A DNA stretch of 64,000 nt from assembly GCA_020184695.1 (NCBI GenBank), contig JAANOX010000251.1, positions 1-64,000 of the forward strand, read 5' to 3'. Positions 31,201 to 41,313 of the stretch are shown here, piece after piece. The position numbers were made by a program, and so were the translations under genes. This DNA comes from Histomonas meleagridis 2922-C6/04-290x (taxonomy: Eukaryota; Protista; Parabasalia). The notes under the pieces were generated by a model that worked only from the letters and a program-made list of their open reading frames with translations, was not told the origin of the DNA and searched no databases. Within the stretch, counting starts at the first letter, position 1; each line of letters starts with the position of its first letter.

Positions 31201-34200
31201 AAGAATTTTATCATTTATAAAAATAATTCGAAACTTAATTATAATGAAGAAGAAGATTATGAAGAATTACAAGAATCAGTTAATGAATTATGTGGTGATT
31301 TAGTTGATTCCACATTTTTAACAGGAATTATTAATGTTTTAATATTATTATTAGAGAAAATCAATGAAAAACAAATCAAACATATAAAGAAACATACATT
31401 ATATATTATGAAACATATTGCATTTAATTTAAATCGGTATATATCACCACCCACAACAATATATACATTATTAAATATATTATTAAATAAAGAACCAAAA
31501 CTTATTAAAGATATAATACCAATACTTAATGAGTTACATAAAAACACTAATTTTAACATGAAACAAAATATGATGACAACATTAACATCAATTAAAACTA
31601 TAAAAGGTATCCAAAATATGGGTTTCACATGTTATTTAAATTCTTCATTACAACAAATATTTCGTATAGAAAATATTCGGAATTCAGTTTTATCTTATAA
31701 ACCAAGTAAAGACATTGACATTGAATATAATTGGTTAACACAATTACAATTATTATTTGCAAAGTTATTATATTTACCTGTAAATGCTATAGATGCTTCA
31801 CCATTTGTTTCTAACATGAAAAGTTGGGATGGAAAACCTATAAATCCTCATGAACAACAAGATGCTGTTGAATTTATCCAAAATTTATTGGATCGAATTG
31901 ATGAAAGTTTAGAATCAAAACCTGTGACAGAATCAGTTAAAGGTATTATATTACATAAAGTTTGTGGCGTTGGTGTAGATTTCGAATCGAATTCCGAAGA
32001 ATTATTTTCGACATTTCCATTAGAAATTAATGGGAAAAAGAATTTAGATGAATCTTATAAAGCTGTTTTAATTCCAGACACATTTACGAATTATAAAGCT
32101 AATGAAGATTTAGGTTATATTGATGTAAATAGTTATTCGACTATTAAAAAAGCCCCAACAAATTTAATATTCCAATTAAAACGTTTCGATTTCGATTTAG
32201 CGACTTTACAAAGAAAGAAAATTAATTCATTTTATGAATTTACGTTCGAAACTGATATTTCAATAATGTTAACAGATAATTCAAAGCCTTTAATATATGA
32301 ATTATGTGGTATAGTAATGCATAGTGGTACAGCTAATGGAGGACATTATTTTAGTTATGTTAAAGATGAAATTACAAATGAATGGATATGTTGTAATGAT
32401 TCAAATGTATCAAAATTAAATATTAAAAATATTATTAAAGATTCAGTAGGTGGTATTATTAATACAAATGAATATGATAAAAATAAAAAAGTTTGGATAC
32501 AAAAACAAAAAGAAAATTCTCAATCTGCTTATTTGTTAATATATAAACAAAAAGATCGAAAATTACCAAATAATGATATCGAACCAATTACTTTAATGCC
32601 ATCGATAATGTTAAAAGAATTTTTAAATTATCAAAAGACATTAATTTTAAACCAATTAATTAATGATAATTATATTTCTTTTGTTGAACAAATTACGAAA
32701 ACTTCAAAAGATAAAATTATATATCAATTTTTGTTTGATTTTATCTTTAAATTATTTTCAAGTAATAATTTTACGCTTATTGATTCGACATTTGAATTTG
32801 TCATTAAAAAAATTCGAAATGATAAAAAATTTGCGAAATTTATAATTTCACAACATAAGAAAATCATTAAAACATTAATTGGTGGCATTGATATTTCTAC
32901 ACGTACTAATTGTTTACGTATAGTTATACCAACTCTTGAGAAATTAGGTAAAAAGAGCAAAGATTTCATTGAACAAATCTTACAAGATAAAAAGAAAATT
33001 TTAGGATATTATAATAAATTTGATCAAATCTTTATACCAATTTATATATATATAACGAAAATCGATTATAATCGAAATGATATACTTGAATGGATGTTTA
33101 CATTTTTAGATGAATTACTTGAAGTTATACCAAATGATAAATTAGAAGAAACACTTTCTAAAATTAATTTATCATATTTATTTAAATCGATTTTATATTT
33201 AATCGATAAATTAAATATTGGAGATAAATATAAAGATAAAATATTCGAACCAGAGTTCATTAATCATTGGTTTATATCTCCAGCGCATTCATTTGATTTT
33301 GCTTCTTTAATGACATATTTCATGAAAGATAATGAAGAATTAACAAATAATTATTATAATTATTTAATCAAGACTAAAGAAAAGAAATCAATTTTAATGT
33401 TAGCTGCAAATTTCGCAAACATATTAACATTTAAAGATAACTATAGTATTGCTCGAGTAAATTGGTTCTTTACTAATATGATTGAAGATAATGAAGGTTA
33501 TAATCTTACACAATTAATTAAATATACAACAACAAATTTACGCTCGAAAAAATCGGAATTTTCTTGTGAAATAGCTTTAGCAACTAATGAATTATGGTTT
33601 AAACAATGGATATTTAATAATGATGGAACTATTCGTTCTGCTACTGAAGATTTTATTTATTCATTGTTCCCAAATTATCCGAAATTAAATCAAAATTCAA
33701 GTTTACCTAAAGATAAAACATTTAATGATACTAAAGAAGAAAAAGAACAAATTAAAGTTTTGTTTAATTTGTTAATGACTTCAAATAAAAAAATGGTTTC
33801 ACAATGTAAAGCAGCTTCATCAATATTAATTAACAAAAAAGCTTTTGATATACATTTATCTGTAGATACATATTTTAATTTATTAAGTTTTTGTGTATTT
33901 TATGGAAATTTCCAAAATGAAATCATCAAAAACAAAAATATTTTTGTAAATAATATAAATGAATTCTCGAAATTAAAGAATAATTTGAAATCTGGTATAA
34001 CAAATGAATTAAAATTCTTTAATTTATTTAAATTTAAAGATTTCTTTGACGATAAAACAATTTCGGTGTTTTTGAATGCGTTACGAAAAGCGCCAAGTGA
34101 TAATTTAGTTCAATATAATGTATTTGTTACATCGACATTTTTCTCAATTATTAAAGATATTAATATCACAGAGAATAATTCTAAGATAATATCAAAGTCG

Positions 34201-35346
34201 GCTTTATTAAAAGTAGCAATCGAAAATATTTCGGCTGATATTGATAAAGATTTAAGTAATTTAATTATGAAAATTACGAAATATTCAGTTGGAAATATAA
34301 TTTCATTATATTCCAAGAAAATATTTAATAATTTATTATTAACGAAAGCAACAAATTATTATGAATTAATTATAAAGTTATTTAAATGTAATAAAGTTTA
34401 TTTGGAAACATTTAAATCACAATGTTTAAGTATTTTAATCGAAGCTATTAAACGACAATTTAAACCAAATGAACAAAATTCATTTGTGAATGATTATGTT
34501 TATATTCTTTCGCAATTCATCGAAATATATTTGAATTATTATAAAAATAAAAATTCGAAGTTTTCCAAACCAATTCAATCATTGTTTGATTATTGGAAAA
34601 ATGATTTCGAATTTTTCGTGAATTTGAATAATTTCATATTTAAATCAATTGCGAATCCGAATTTAACATCGAATTTGATTTCGATTTTAATGAATGTTTT
34701 AACATTTGATAAAACTTTCGCACAGAAATTAAATTTGATTCTGGAGAATAAATCAGAAGATATATATCTGAAAGTGAATAATGAAAATAAAGCGAAATAT
34801 GCAAAATTCATTTTAATGATTTCAGCATTCATAATGAATCAAAATGAATTATTTGATGTAATTTTACAGGACTTAAATAATATTAACGAGTACAAAATTG
34901 TCGACGGAGATTTAATTAATGTTTATGTGAATGAAATTAAAAATATTTCAGATAAAGTGAAAACTAATGAGAAAAAAGTGGTAAAATTGTTGAAAACATT
35001 TTACGAAAATACAAATGAATTAATCGGATTTAAAGCGTCAAAAGAAATTGTCGATATGTTTAAGTCAAACGAAGAATTTTATGACTTTGTAACAAAGAAA
35101 TTTAAAGAAATTGCTGATAATTATCTGAATGCTATTGCGATCAATAACGAAATGACTTACGGAGCGGAGAAAGAGCTGCTGAAGAATTTGGAAATAATTA
35201 AAGAAAACGCGGAAGAATTTGATGCGAAGTTTGATGTGGAAACAAAGAAAATTGATGAATGGATTCAATTGTTTGAAAGCTCAAAATTTAAATATAAAGA
35301 CGATATATTAAATTTACTGAAATTTGTTAAGGAAAGGCTAGCATAA
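28255..35346 (+). CDS. Ubiquitin carboxyl-terminal hydrolase (USP/C19; USP9/24/34-like size)
   Basis: Cys box GIQNMGFTCYLNSSLQQ, QQDAVEF, QLKRF, His box HSGTANGGHYFSY..CNDSNV; 2363 aa. Confidence 0.95.
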   Translation: MSQESENSESSEKDIQTQIQELSNDAMKCTIKYDYKKGMELIQKSYDLATDLPEEIVKVIPRYAVILYLKNPNDEKALPNFKSTFLKRENGKELWKDSAKYLIPDLNKGFKKLSFSIKPIFFSIYNPFPGFVDYLKNEESVDFEVALRILQIAKDCKGDIKSSIISDLGISAFLQVQTKIDKMEASDLRVIDEKKLREFITIVRNFVKHSDLKVVTQFEYTIALRFSVSEFLSKEYDGLLRINSNKTFSTQLITDIKKYKVVEHILDNMHHDLVHNFVEMLCKLWTSNEYDSTVLEKFWNLSITQHSQEIGKFFDEWPKLINTIPKNKINDFWEIVKNSNSYPLPVLKLLEKINNKCDKETMEEISIKLWDSAIDSKDKVNYVTTIIAYTSQESINELINKCFDLIKQKKENDSKFSLLILSKIWKSFNDENTRKQFDILLKKCKISNDDINILFELLIKISDSITPPLTEKELISIRNLIEPLFGINNELISTFYDKMISIKKGKLFPKEELEYIIQWLSEKPNIDSMLFKFITNLFYKINNINNETILNNLDLIGFNSIWNLMLTTNLTEIPIFIVDLLTRCDNSEATKQFIEKCIPKIETFGVLNLLILLISKVEDSLDLNKYGISRNLYIPENSYIHINLQGDYNERIKVVYNITVPIFKTYVSRKCNIEESKLDLLIKGEKLNEKHRFVDDETITIYIKMFASPPRKLKKEELPSQIIKNSDAYKKLFKMIKVEPDQTHLPEYALNLLNYMETAEAEKFESNSEWSKLLTLKKPYLLVYRLNYLAKLITTQPVSFIKTFCKKKGYKQLLVILENINYEMFHNKSYYDLIFSIISMIIGKTPQEIKNKTYEQINTKKLIKSLIKHIIEINNKDQSYVINSLLLLINDITKMDENIILSQKLFQEFLEKLLFSNVLTIRIGISRILLLINPKKIENIIIENIEKATKGNCYEYFNLLNYIIKTYEDPLNLYNSLMKFLMKNFIIYKNNSKLNYNEEEDYEELQESVNELCGDLVDSTFLTGIINVLILLLEKINEKQIKHIKKHTLYIMKHIAFNLNRYISPPTTIYTLLNILLNKEPKLIKDIIPILNELHKNTNFNMKQNMMTTLTSIKTIKGIQNMGFTCYLNSSLQQIFRIENIRNSVLSYKPSKDIDIEYNWLTQLQLLFAKLLYLPVNAIDASPFVSNMKSWDGKPINPHEQQDAVEFIQNLLDRIDESLESKPVTESVKGIILHKVCGVGVDFESNSEELFSTFPLEINGKKNLDESYKAVLIPDTFTNYKANEDLGYIDVNSYSTIKKAPTNLIFQLKRFDFDLATLQRKKINSFYEFTFETDISIMLTDNSKPLIYELCGIVMHSGTANGGHYFSYVKDEITNEWICCNDSNVSKLNIKNIIKDSVGGIINTNEYDKNKKVWIQKQKENSQSAYLLIYKQKDRKLPNNDIEPITLMPSIMLKEFLNYQKTLILNQLINDNYISFVEQITKTSKDKIIYQFLFDFIFKLFSSNNFTLIDSTFEFVIKKIRNDKKFAKFIISQHKKIIKTLIGGIDISTRTNCLRIVIPTLEKLGKKSKDFIEQILQDKKKILGYYNKFDQIFIPIYIYITKIDYNRNDILEWMFTFLDELLEVIPNDKLEETLSKINLSYLFKSILYLIDKLNIGDKYKDKIFEPEFINHWFISPAHSFDFASLMTYFMKDNEELTNNYYNYLIKTKEKKSILMLAANFANILTFKDNYSIARVNWFFTNMIEDNEGYNLTQLIKYTTTNLRSKKSEFSCEIALATNELWFKQWIFNNDGTIRSATEDFIYSLFPNYPKLNQNSSLPKDKTFNDTKEEKEQIKVLFNLLMTSNKKMVSQCKAASSILINKKAFDIHLSVDTYFNLLSFCVFYGNFQNEIIKNKNIFVNNINEFSKLKNNLKSGITNELKFFNLFKFKDFFDDKTISVFLNALRKAPSDNLVQYNVFVTSTFFSIIKDINITENNSKIISKSALLKVAIENISADIDKDLSNLIMKITKYSVGNIISLYSKKIFNNLLLTKATNYYELIIKLFKCNKVYLETFKSQCLSILIEAIKRQFKPNEQNSFVNDYVYILSQFIEIYLNYYKNKNSKFSKPIQSLFDYWKNDFEFFVNLNNFIFKSIANPNLTSNLISILMNVLTFDKTFAQKLNLILENKSEDIYLKVNNENKAKYAKFILMISAFIMNQNELFDVILQDLNNINEYKIVDGDLINVYVNEIKNISDKVKTNEKKVVKLLKTFYENTNELIGFKASKEIVDMFKSNEEFYDFVTKKFKEIADNYLNAIAINNEMTYGAEKELLKNLEIIKENAEEFDAKFDVETKKIDEWIQLFESSKFKYKDDILNLLKFVKERLA

Positions 35347-36266
35347 ATAAAAAATCTTTTTATTGCTTTCTTTCTAACCTTGGTGACGTTTGCACGAACT
35401 TTGAGTCTATTTACGAGCTTTGCTGTATTCATGGATCATAAGAGACGTAATGGAATCTAAATCAGTAGAAGGCACGCATGGCCAATAAATAAATGATAAA
35501 AACTTTTTTTAAATCATTTTTCACCAAAAGTGACATGCCCAAAAGTGTTCAGACCGGTGTTTTGACTGGTTTATTTTTCCAGGGGTTATTTTTCTCCAAA
35601 CTTTGAAATAAATTCACTTTTTGGCACATTTACATTGACACAAATATCAAATGTTGCTGAAGATCCATTTGCAGAAGATTTTAAAGAAGAACATTTTGTT
35701 AATATATAAATAAACATCGAAAATCCATTTTTTTTAATTAACGTGAAACAAATTCAAATATTTAATAAAATTCTCTAAATTTACATTTCATGGAAATGTT
35801 TCATTTGCAACACTTCAGTCAGTACTTGTTGCTCCATATGGAATATTTGATTTCCAAAATTTTTATCTAAACTTATTTTTAATATTTAATCTTTATGTTT
35901 GCTTTCATTGAAATTTCAATCTTTCGTTAAAATCAGAAAAAAATAATTTACAAAAATTTTGATTTTCCAAACTCAATCATATTGAATATATTTGATTAAC
36001 ATTATTTGCTCCATAAGTATGAAAAAACATACTTTCTTTCATTCCAGTAAGACGTTAACGTCACGTTTAAACTGTGCTACAGTTTTTCTGAATTTTTGGG
36101 AGTTAATTTTTTGTATTGAAATTAACCAACAACCCATTTATTCTTCAGAATTTTGAGGGCAACGAAATCTATTTCTCTCTGTTTTTGAGTCGGATTTGGG
36201 GTTCTTGACTGTAGTTTTCTCCTGAACAAGCTTGTAAAAACATTTTTAGAGGGAGTATTGGAATTA

Positions 36267-36457
36267 GTTGACCAAAAATTTTAAGGTGAGACACATCTCA
36301 AGAGTATATTCAATCGGTTTTACGTGAAATACATGAGGATTGAGAAAAAATTGAAAAAAAAATCATAAGTTTTTTTTATTTTTTATTTTGAATACTGCAA
36401 AGCAGTCATGAGGCGTGACATTATGTGGGTATAACAGCAAATCTTTCTGTTTTTGTT
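36267..36457 (+). repeat. Dispersed ~190-bp repeat, copy 1 (copy 2 at 51993-52193)
   Basis: gttgaccaaaaatttta.ggtgagacacatctcaagagtatattcaat..gcagtcatgaggcgtgacattatgtgggtataacagcaaatct is near-identical at both loci. Confidence 0.92.
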
Positions 36458-36676
36458 ATGGAATTTTACTTGGCCAGTCCCTGAAATGTGACGTGAAACA
36501 AACCAACAGGAAAATTAACCTAGAAAACGATAATTGATAATTGTGGGGGTCGAACGAATTTTTTTTTGAATTATCTCAATTATCAGAAATAATTGTTTGA
36601 AAATTTCGATAAAGTGAGCTCACCTCAGTAATTGAGCGAAATCAATTCAATTATTTGAATAATAGTTAGAAAAGTG

Positions 36677-36683
36677 TCATTTT
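36677..36683 (+). promoter_or_regulatory. Initiator (Inr)-like TCATTTT
   Basis: Immediately before ATG 36685. Similar TCAYTT at 38512, 42050 and 45502 precede ATGs at 38520, 42058 and 45521; matches the trichomonad Inr consensus. Confidence 0.55.
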
Positions 36684-36684
36684 C

Positions 36685-38130
36685 ATGCAAGTCAACGTGA
36701 CTGTACATGGTAACATGCCACCAGAGGCAATGAATGATATGATGCAAGACATGGGAGACATGATGGGCGGAATGGGCCACGCAATGGGACATGCTATGAA
36801 AGCTTCTGCTGAAATGGCCAACGATCTTGCTGAAGTTCATGGCGAAATCATGCATGATATGATTAAGCAAGGCAAGAAAGAATTAAAGAAGGCTGCTGGC
36901 TTCATTGACAAGAGCAATAAGATCCGTGTTGAATTAATCAACCCAACAGGTACTGGCTACTATGTTGGTGGTGATGTTGTCCGTGGTAAGATCCATTTGA
37001 ACTGCCTTGTTCCATTTGCATGCAATGGTGTCATCCTTAAAGTCAAGGGTTATGAAAAGGTTAAATTCCAAGAAGTCGTCCAAGAAAGTACAGGCGAAGG
37101 CGAGAATGCTCATATGGAGACCAAGTTCAAGGAATTAAAGGAATCCAAGGAATTCTTCAACCAAACCCTTGTACCATATCCAACAGCAGGCATCATTCCA
37201 CAAGGTGCATTTGAATATCCATTCGAATTCCCACTCCCACTCAACTTACCAGGTGTATTCCATGAAAAGGGAGGTGACTGGAAGGCTGGTTCCGGTTGGG
37301 AAGCCAAAGTTGAATATAAGTTCATAGCCACAGTTGACGTTGCATTCCTTAATGACCTTAAGGACAAAGTCAAACTTATCATTAATGAGAAGTTTGACCA
37401 AACAGTCCGTCCATCCTATGCACACGATGAGAAGAAGTTCCTTATTGGCGATGGAAAGATCACAGTTGATATCAACCTTGATAAGAATGCATACTTCCCA
37501 GGTGAACGTGTTCTTTGCAAGCTCCAAGCCAACAACACGTCTGCCAAGTGCACGCGAAAACTTGTTCTGAAGGTATTCCGATATGTTCATTTGAAGGCTG
37601 CAGGAAAGAGCAAAGATATCGAGACACAAGTCCAACGTATCCACTTCCCAGGATTTGCACCAAACTTCTATGGTGTTCGTTGGCTTCCATTCTATATCCC
37701 AGTCAATTTACCACCTTCAACAAAGAGTAACTTCATTGACTCATACTACAAATTCATTGTTTGCTGCGATATCCCAGGAGCTATTGACTTAGAAACACCA
37801 TTAGATGTTCGTATATTAGCTCCACAATTCCTTTACTCAGAATGCCCACCACAACCAGCCGAAGTTCCACCACCTGAAGATGTCTCATTCAGACCTCCAT
37901 GGGAAGATGAAGATGGTGTCACCAACTGCCACAACTGTGGTTGCAAGTTCTCCATCATTAAGCGTAAGCACCATTGCCGTCACTGCGGTAAAGTATTCTG
38001 CGAGAAATGCTGCTCTAAGAAGTCAACCATTCCCAACCTCGCCTATCCAGAAGCAGTCCGTGTTTGCGATGCTTGTTACCCACTTGCACAAGCTGGTGGA
38101 AATTACTACCAAAAACCACCAGACCAGTAA
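36685..38130 (+). CDS. Arrestin-domain protein with a C-terminal FYVE finger and a Met/His-rich N-terminus
   Basis: Arrestin-N/C strands (YVGGDVVRG, YPFEFPLP..LPG, LDKNAYFPGE) and FYVE WEDE..CHNC..FSIIKRKHHCRHCGKVFC..C..VRVCDAC. Confidence 0.92.
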   Translation: MQVNVTVHGNMPPEAMNDMMQDMGDMMGGMGHAMGHAMKASAEMANDLAEVHGEIMHDMIKQGKKELKKAAGFIDKSNKIRVELINPTGTGYYVGGDVVRGKIHLNCLVPFACNGVILKVKGYEKVKFQEVVQESTGEGENAHMETKFKELKESKEFFNQTLVPYPTAGIIPQGAFEYPFEFPLPLNLPGVFHEKGGDWKAGSGWEAKVEYKFIATVDVAFLNDLKDKVKLIINEKFDQTVRPSYAHDEKKFLIGDGKITVDINLDKNAYFPGERVLCKLQANNTSAKCTRKLVLKVFRYVHLKAAGKSKDIETQVQRIHFPGFAPNFYGVRWLPFYIPVNLPPSTKSNFIDSYYKFIVCCDIPGAIDLETPLDVRILAPQFLYSECPPQPAEVPPPEDVSFRPPWEDEDGVTNCHNCGCKFSIIKRKHHCRHCGKVFCEKCCSKKSTIPNLAYPEAVRVCDACYPLAQAGGNYYQKPPDQ

Positions 38131-38519
38131 ATTAATATAAAGGTCAGGTTAACCATTTGAACTTTTTCAATCCTTTTCTGATAAGTGTTAAGAAAAATGG
38201 CTTTCTGGGGCCGTTAATTCTGTTTATCAACTATAGATCTCTGAAAATTGAATTGACGCCGTAACTTTTGAATGTGTGTTGTCTTGTGGGATATCCCACA
38301 CAAGAAGGAGCATTACATAACGTATCATTAGTGACTCGTCTTTTTGTTTTTGACGCGTGTATTTTTTGGAAAAATTGATGAAGAAATCATTTTTGGATCT
38401 CATAAACGGTCGTAGTTGAGTTGCAAAGTAAAGCATTCATTCGAATCCTTTCGGTCAGCAAACACAAATTTATTTGCTTTTCTTTGAAAATTCAGATTCG
38501 TTCAAAAAGTGTCATTTGG

Positions 38520-39188
38520 ATGTCTCTGCAAAATCTTAATAACAAAGAAGATTTCACATACGAATCTCTTTCTTTAAGAATCAACGCTCTTAACAAGCAA
38601 GTTGCTAAAACAAAAGAAGTTGCCAACGAACTTGAAGAAGTAGATGATGTACGCAAAAACATCCGACTTCAGAGGACTCAAAATGACAATAATGTCAAAT
38701 TTAAAACATATATGTCAGCTTTTAAAAAGCTCAAAAAAGATGATCCTGATAATCCTCTTGAATCAACCATTGATTCACAACTTGATTCATTAAAGCGAAC
38801 ACTTGAGCAAATCAATAAGCAAATTAAGCCTATAGGAGATAGGCATAAAATTCTCGAAGAACAACAAAAGGAAGCAGCTGAAGAACAAAAACAAATTGAA
38901 GCAGAACAATTAAAAAAATCCGCTGCACAACTCGAAGAAGAACAAATGGCAGCAGACCGTGAGTTTTTGCAGAACCAACTTAACGATATTGCTGAGACTG
39001 CCGCCATCATCAATGAGGGTACACATCAAGTCGACAACCAGATTACTGCTGACCACGAAAAAGTTGTTCATATTGACCAAACAATCGAAGAGGCGAAGCA
39101 GGAAATGATCGAAGGTAATAAAGATCTCGAAGTTGCGGAGGCAGATCAAAAGGCCGCTGGATGTGGCTGTGCATGCAACATCTATTAA
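38520..39188 (+). CDS. Syntaxin-like SNARE lacking a TMD, with a Cys-rich tail
   Basis: SNARE heptads QITADHEKVVHIDQTIEEAKQEMIEGNKDLEVAEADQ; ends GCGCACNIY; ATG 38520 follows an Inr-like motif. Confidence 0.7.
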   Translation: MSLQNLNNKEDFTYESLSLRINALNKQVAKTKEVANELEEVDDVRKNIRLQRTQNDNNVKFKTYMSAFKKLKKDDPDNPLESTIDSQLDSLKRTLEQINKQIKPIGDRHKILEEQQKEAAEEQKQIEAEQLKKSAAQLEEEQMAADREFLQNQLNDIAETAAIINEGTHQVDNQITADHEKVVHIDQTIEEAKQEMIEGNKDLEVAEADQKAAGCGCACNIY

Positions 39189-39660
39189 GGTCATATTTCC
39201 GCACCAAGTCTGTAGTAAATAAACAGGAAAAGTTCATGATGCTATTTATTGATTTTGAAAATCGCATCTTACTAAATTTTGTTTCCGCTTTAACAGTTTT
39301 AGTGACAAAAAAGTAAATTCTTCATTGTTTTGTGTAAAAGATTTTCACTATTCCGAAACTCAATTCCATCTTTTATTGAAACTTCAATGCATTTAGCCCA
39401 ACAAATAAAAAGAGCATTGTTCACTGAATATTGAGCCATTTTGAATGCTAAAAAAGGTTTGCGATCGAATCAAAACAATTGATCTAAAGGTTGCAGAAAA
39501 GCTCCACAAACACTTCAGTTTTTGAATATAAATACGATGATTTTTCATTCATTCGATTCTATCGTTGGGAAAGGTTTCCATGATGAAATGAATCTAAAAA
39601 ATTTTAAATTCAGGATGCTCAAAGCAAATCCTTAAATTTCAATTTTTATTCATACTTTCC

Positions 39661-40491
39661 CTACTTTCCACCAAACTTTTCGTTGAGTGATTCTGCAAGC
39701 ATTCTTTGCTTCTCTCGAATTTCTTCACTTGCTGTTGGACTTGCCTTTGAGTATGAAAATATTTCCTCCATTTTTCCGACATATATATACTTAACCTTAT
39801 CCATAAAGTTTGCAGCGTTTTCTTCGATCAATTGTCCAACATTGATCAAATGCTCTAATTCATTTCGTGCTTTTCCATACATTGACTTATGATCGGAAAT
39901 TCCTCCTGACAATGTAATTGGCTCTCCAAGGCCTGTGCCAAGATCGCATTGAAGAAGAATCGAAGAAATCATGTCGTAAACAAAAGTGCCATCGGGTTTT
40001 GATGTCACTTCGATGACATCGCTGCTGTTTATGGAACCACTGATGCGTGTATTGTCGCGAAGGGTGGAATCAATGTCCTTTCGCACAAAAACGCCAATAC
40101 CAAAAGTGTCTTCTGATATCTCCCATGTATAAACAGATAAAACACCTTCAACAAAATAGAGTTTCTTATAAGCTTCAAACCCATTTTGAGCCATCTCCTC
40201 AATTTTTCGGAGATTGGGTGGTGGAACAATACCATCTGGTAAGGGTGGAATGTATTGGTTAGAAAATGGTGAGCGAAAGCTGTCACAGTCTCTGTTATAA
40301 TCACATTTGATGAACTGCCGATGGGATACTGGATCGGTTTCGATTTGAAGTGGAATATCAACTGTTGAAAATAAATCATCAATTAATTCTGGATTAAGGC
40401 TACAGACCTGTTTCATCTTTCTTTCAATGTCCTTTGGTTGAACATGACGAAGTAAATCATGAGCAGCTTCGCTTTGAGTTTTGTAACTCAT
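39661..40491 (-). CDS. CAPZB: F-actin capping protein beta subunit
   Basis: DLLRH.QP, DLFSTVDIPL, FIKCDYNRDCDSFRSPFSNQY, GVLSVYTWE. Confidence 0.93.
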   Translation of the reverse strand: MSYKTQSEAAHDLLRHVQPKDIERKMKQVCSLNPELIDDLFSTVDIPLQIETDPVSHRQFIKCDYNRDCDSFRSPFSNQYIPPLPDGIVPPPNLRKIEEMAQNGFEAYKKLYFVEGVLSVYTWEISEDTFGIGVFVRKDIDSTLRDNTRISGSINSSDVIEVTSKPDGTFVYDMISSILLQCDLGTGLGEPITLSGGISDHKSMYGKARNELEHLINVGQLIEENAANFMDKVKYIYVGKMEEIFSYSKASPTASEEIREKQRMLAESLNEKFGGK

Positions 40492-41062
40492 GTTTGATAA
40501 AATAAAAGTGCTAAATAAGTTTTTTTCGGTTTGATAATGCCGATAGAGACGAAGATGTCAGGAAAAAATTTGGTTCTCAATATTTATAAAGATTAAAGAG
40601 TTTTTAAAGAGAATTTTGGAGGTAACTTACATTATTCATTCAAAAAATTCTATTATGGATATTTCTTGAAATTTTACAAAATTGTTAGCAAAAATGTTGG
40701 AAGAATCCTATTCTTTTATTTAGTATTATTAATGTAAAAGTATTTTAATGTTTATACTAAGCAAAATTTATTTAAAAATATAAAAATCATTTACAAAAAT
40801 AAATTTCGATAATGAAACCACAAAAATTAAAATTTTGCCTCTCCATTTGAATTTCTTATACATTTAAATCAGGGTTTGAACATGCGTAAAAGCACTCAAA
40901 ACATCATTTAGAAAAATTGAAATTCAAACTAGATATCTCGCATTAAAAATTGAGCAAAACTCAAAAAACCTACACAAACAAAATAAAAGCAATGCTCGCA
41001 CTAGTAATTACTAATTTGCTATAAGCAGTATATGGTTTAAGAGAAGAATAGAGTAAACATTT

Positions 41063-41287
41063 TTACTCACGTTTATCAAGGTATATGACCTCGAGGCCTT
41101 GTGGAATTGACTCTGTAACAAGTTGGACGAACTTTGGTTGTTTGACTGTTAAGGTATATAAATATCTTGTTGTCCTGAGCTTGAACTTTGTATCACCGTT
41201 CTTTACTTTTTTCACCTTAACCCACTTTGCATCTGGGCGTGCAGCAAGCTCGAGGAATTTACGTGGGGTTTGGACTGATTTTGGCAT
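41063..41287 (-). CDS. RPL38: 60S ribosomal protein eL38
   Basis: MPKSV..KFLELAARPDAKWVKVKK..TKFKLRTTRYLYTL. Confidence 0.95.
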   Translation of the reverse strand: MPKSVQTPRKFLELAARPDAKWVKVKKVKNGDTKFKLRTTRYLYTLTVKQPKFVQLVTESIPQGLEVIYLDKRE

Positions 41288-41294
41288 TAATTGG

Positions 41295-41313
41295 AAAGGT
41301 CGACCAAACCGCC
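41295..41313 (-). promoter_or_regulatory. M3 (GGCGGTT) plus M5 (CCTTT)-like core promoter of RPL38
   Basis: Minus strand reads GGCGGTTtggtcgaCCTTTccaattaATG; resembles the M3/M5 elements described for T. vaginalis ribosomal-protein genes. Confidence 0.55.
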
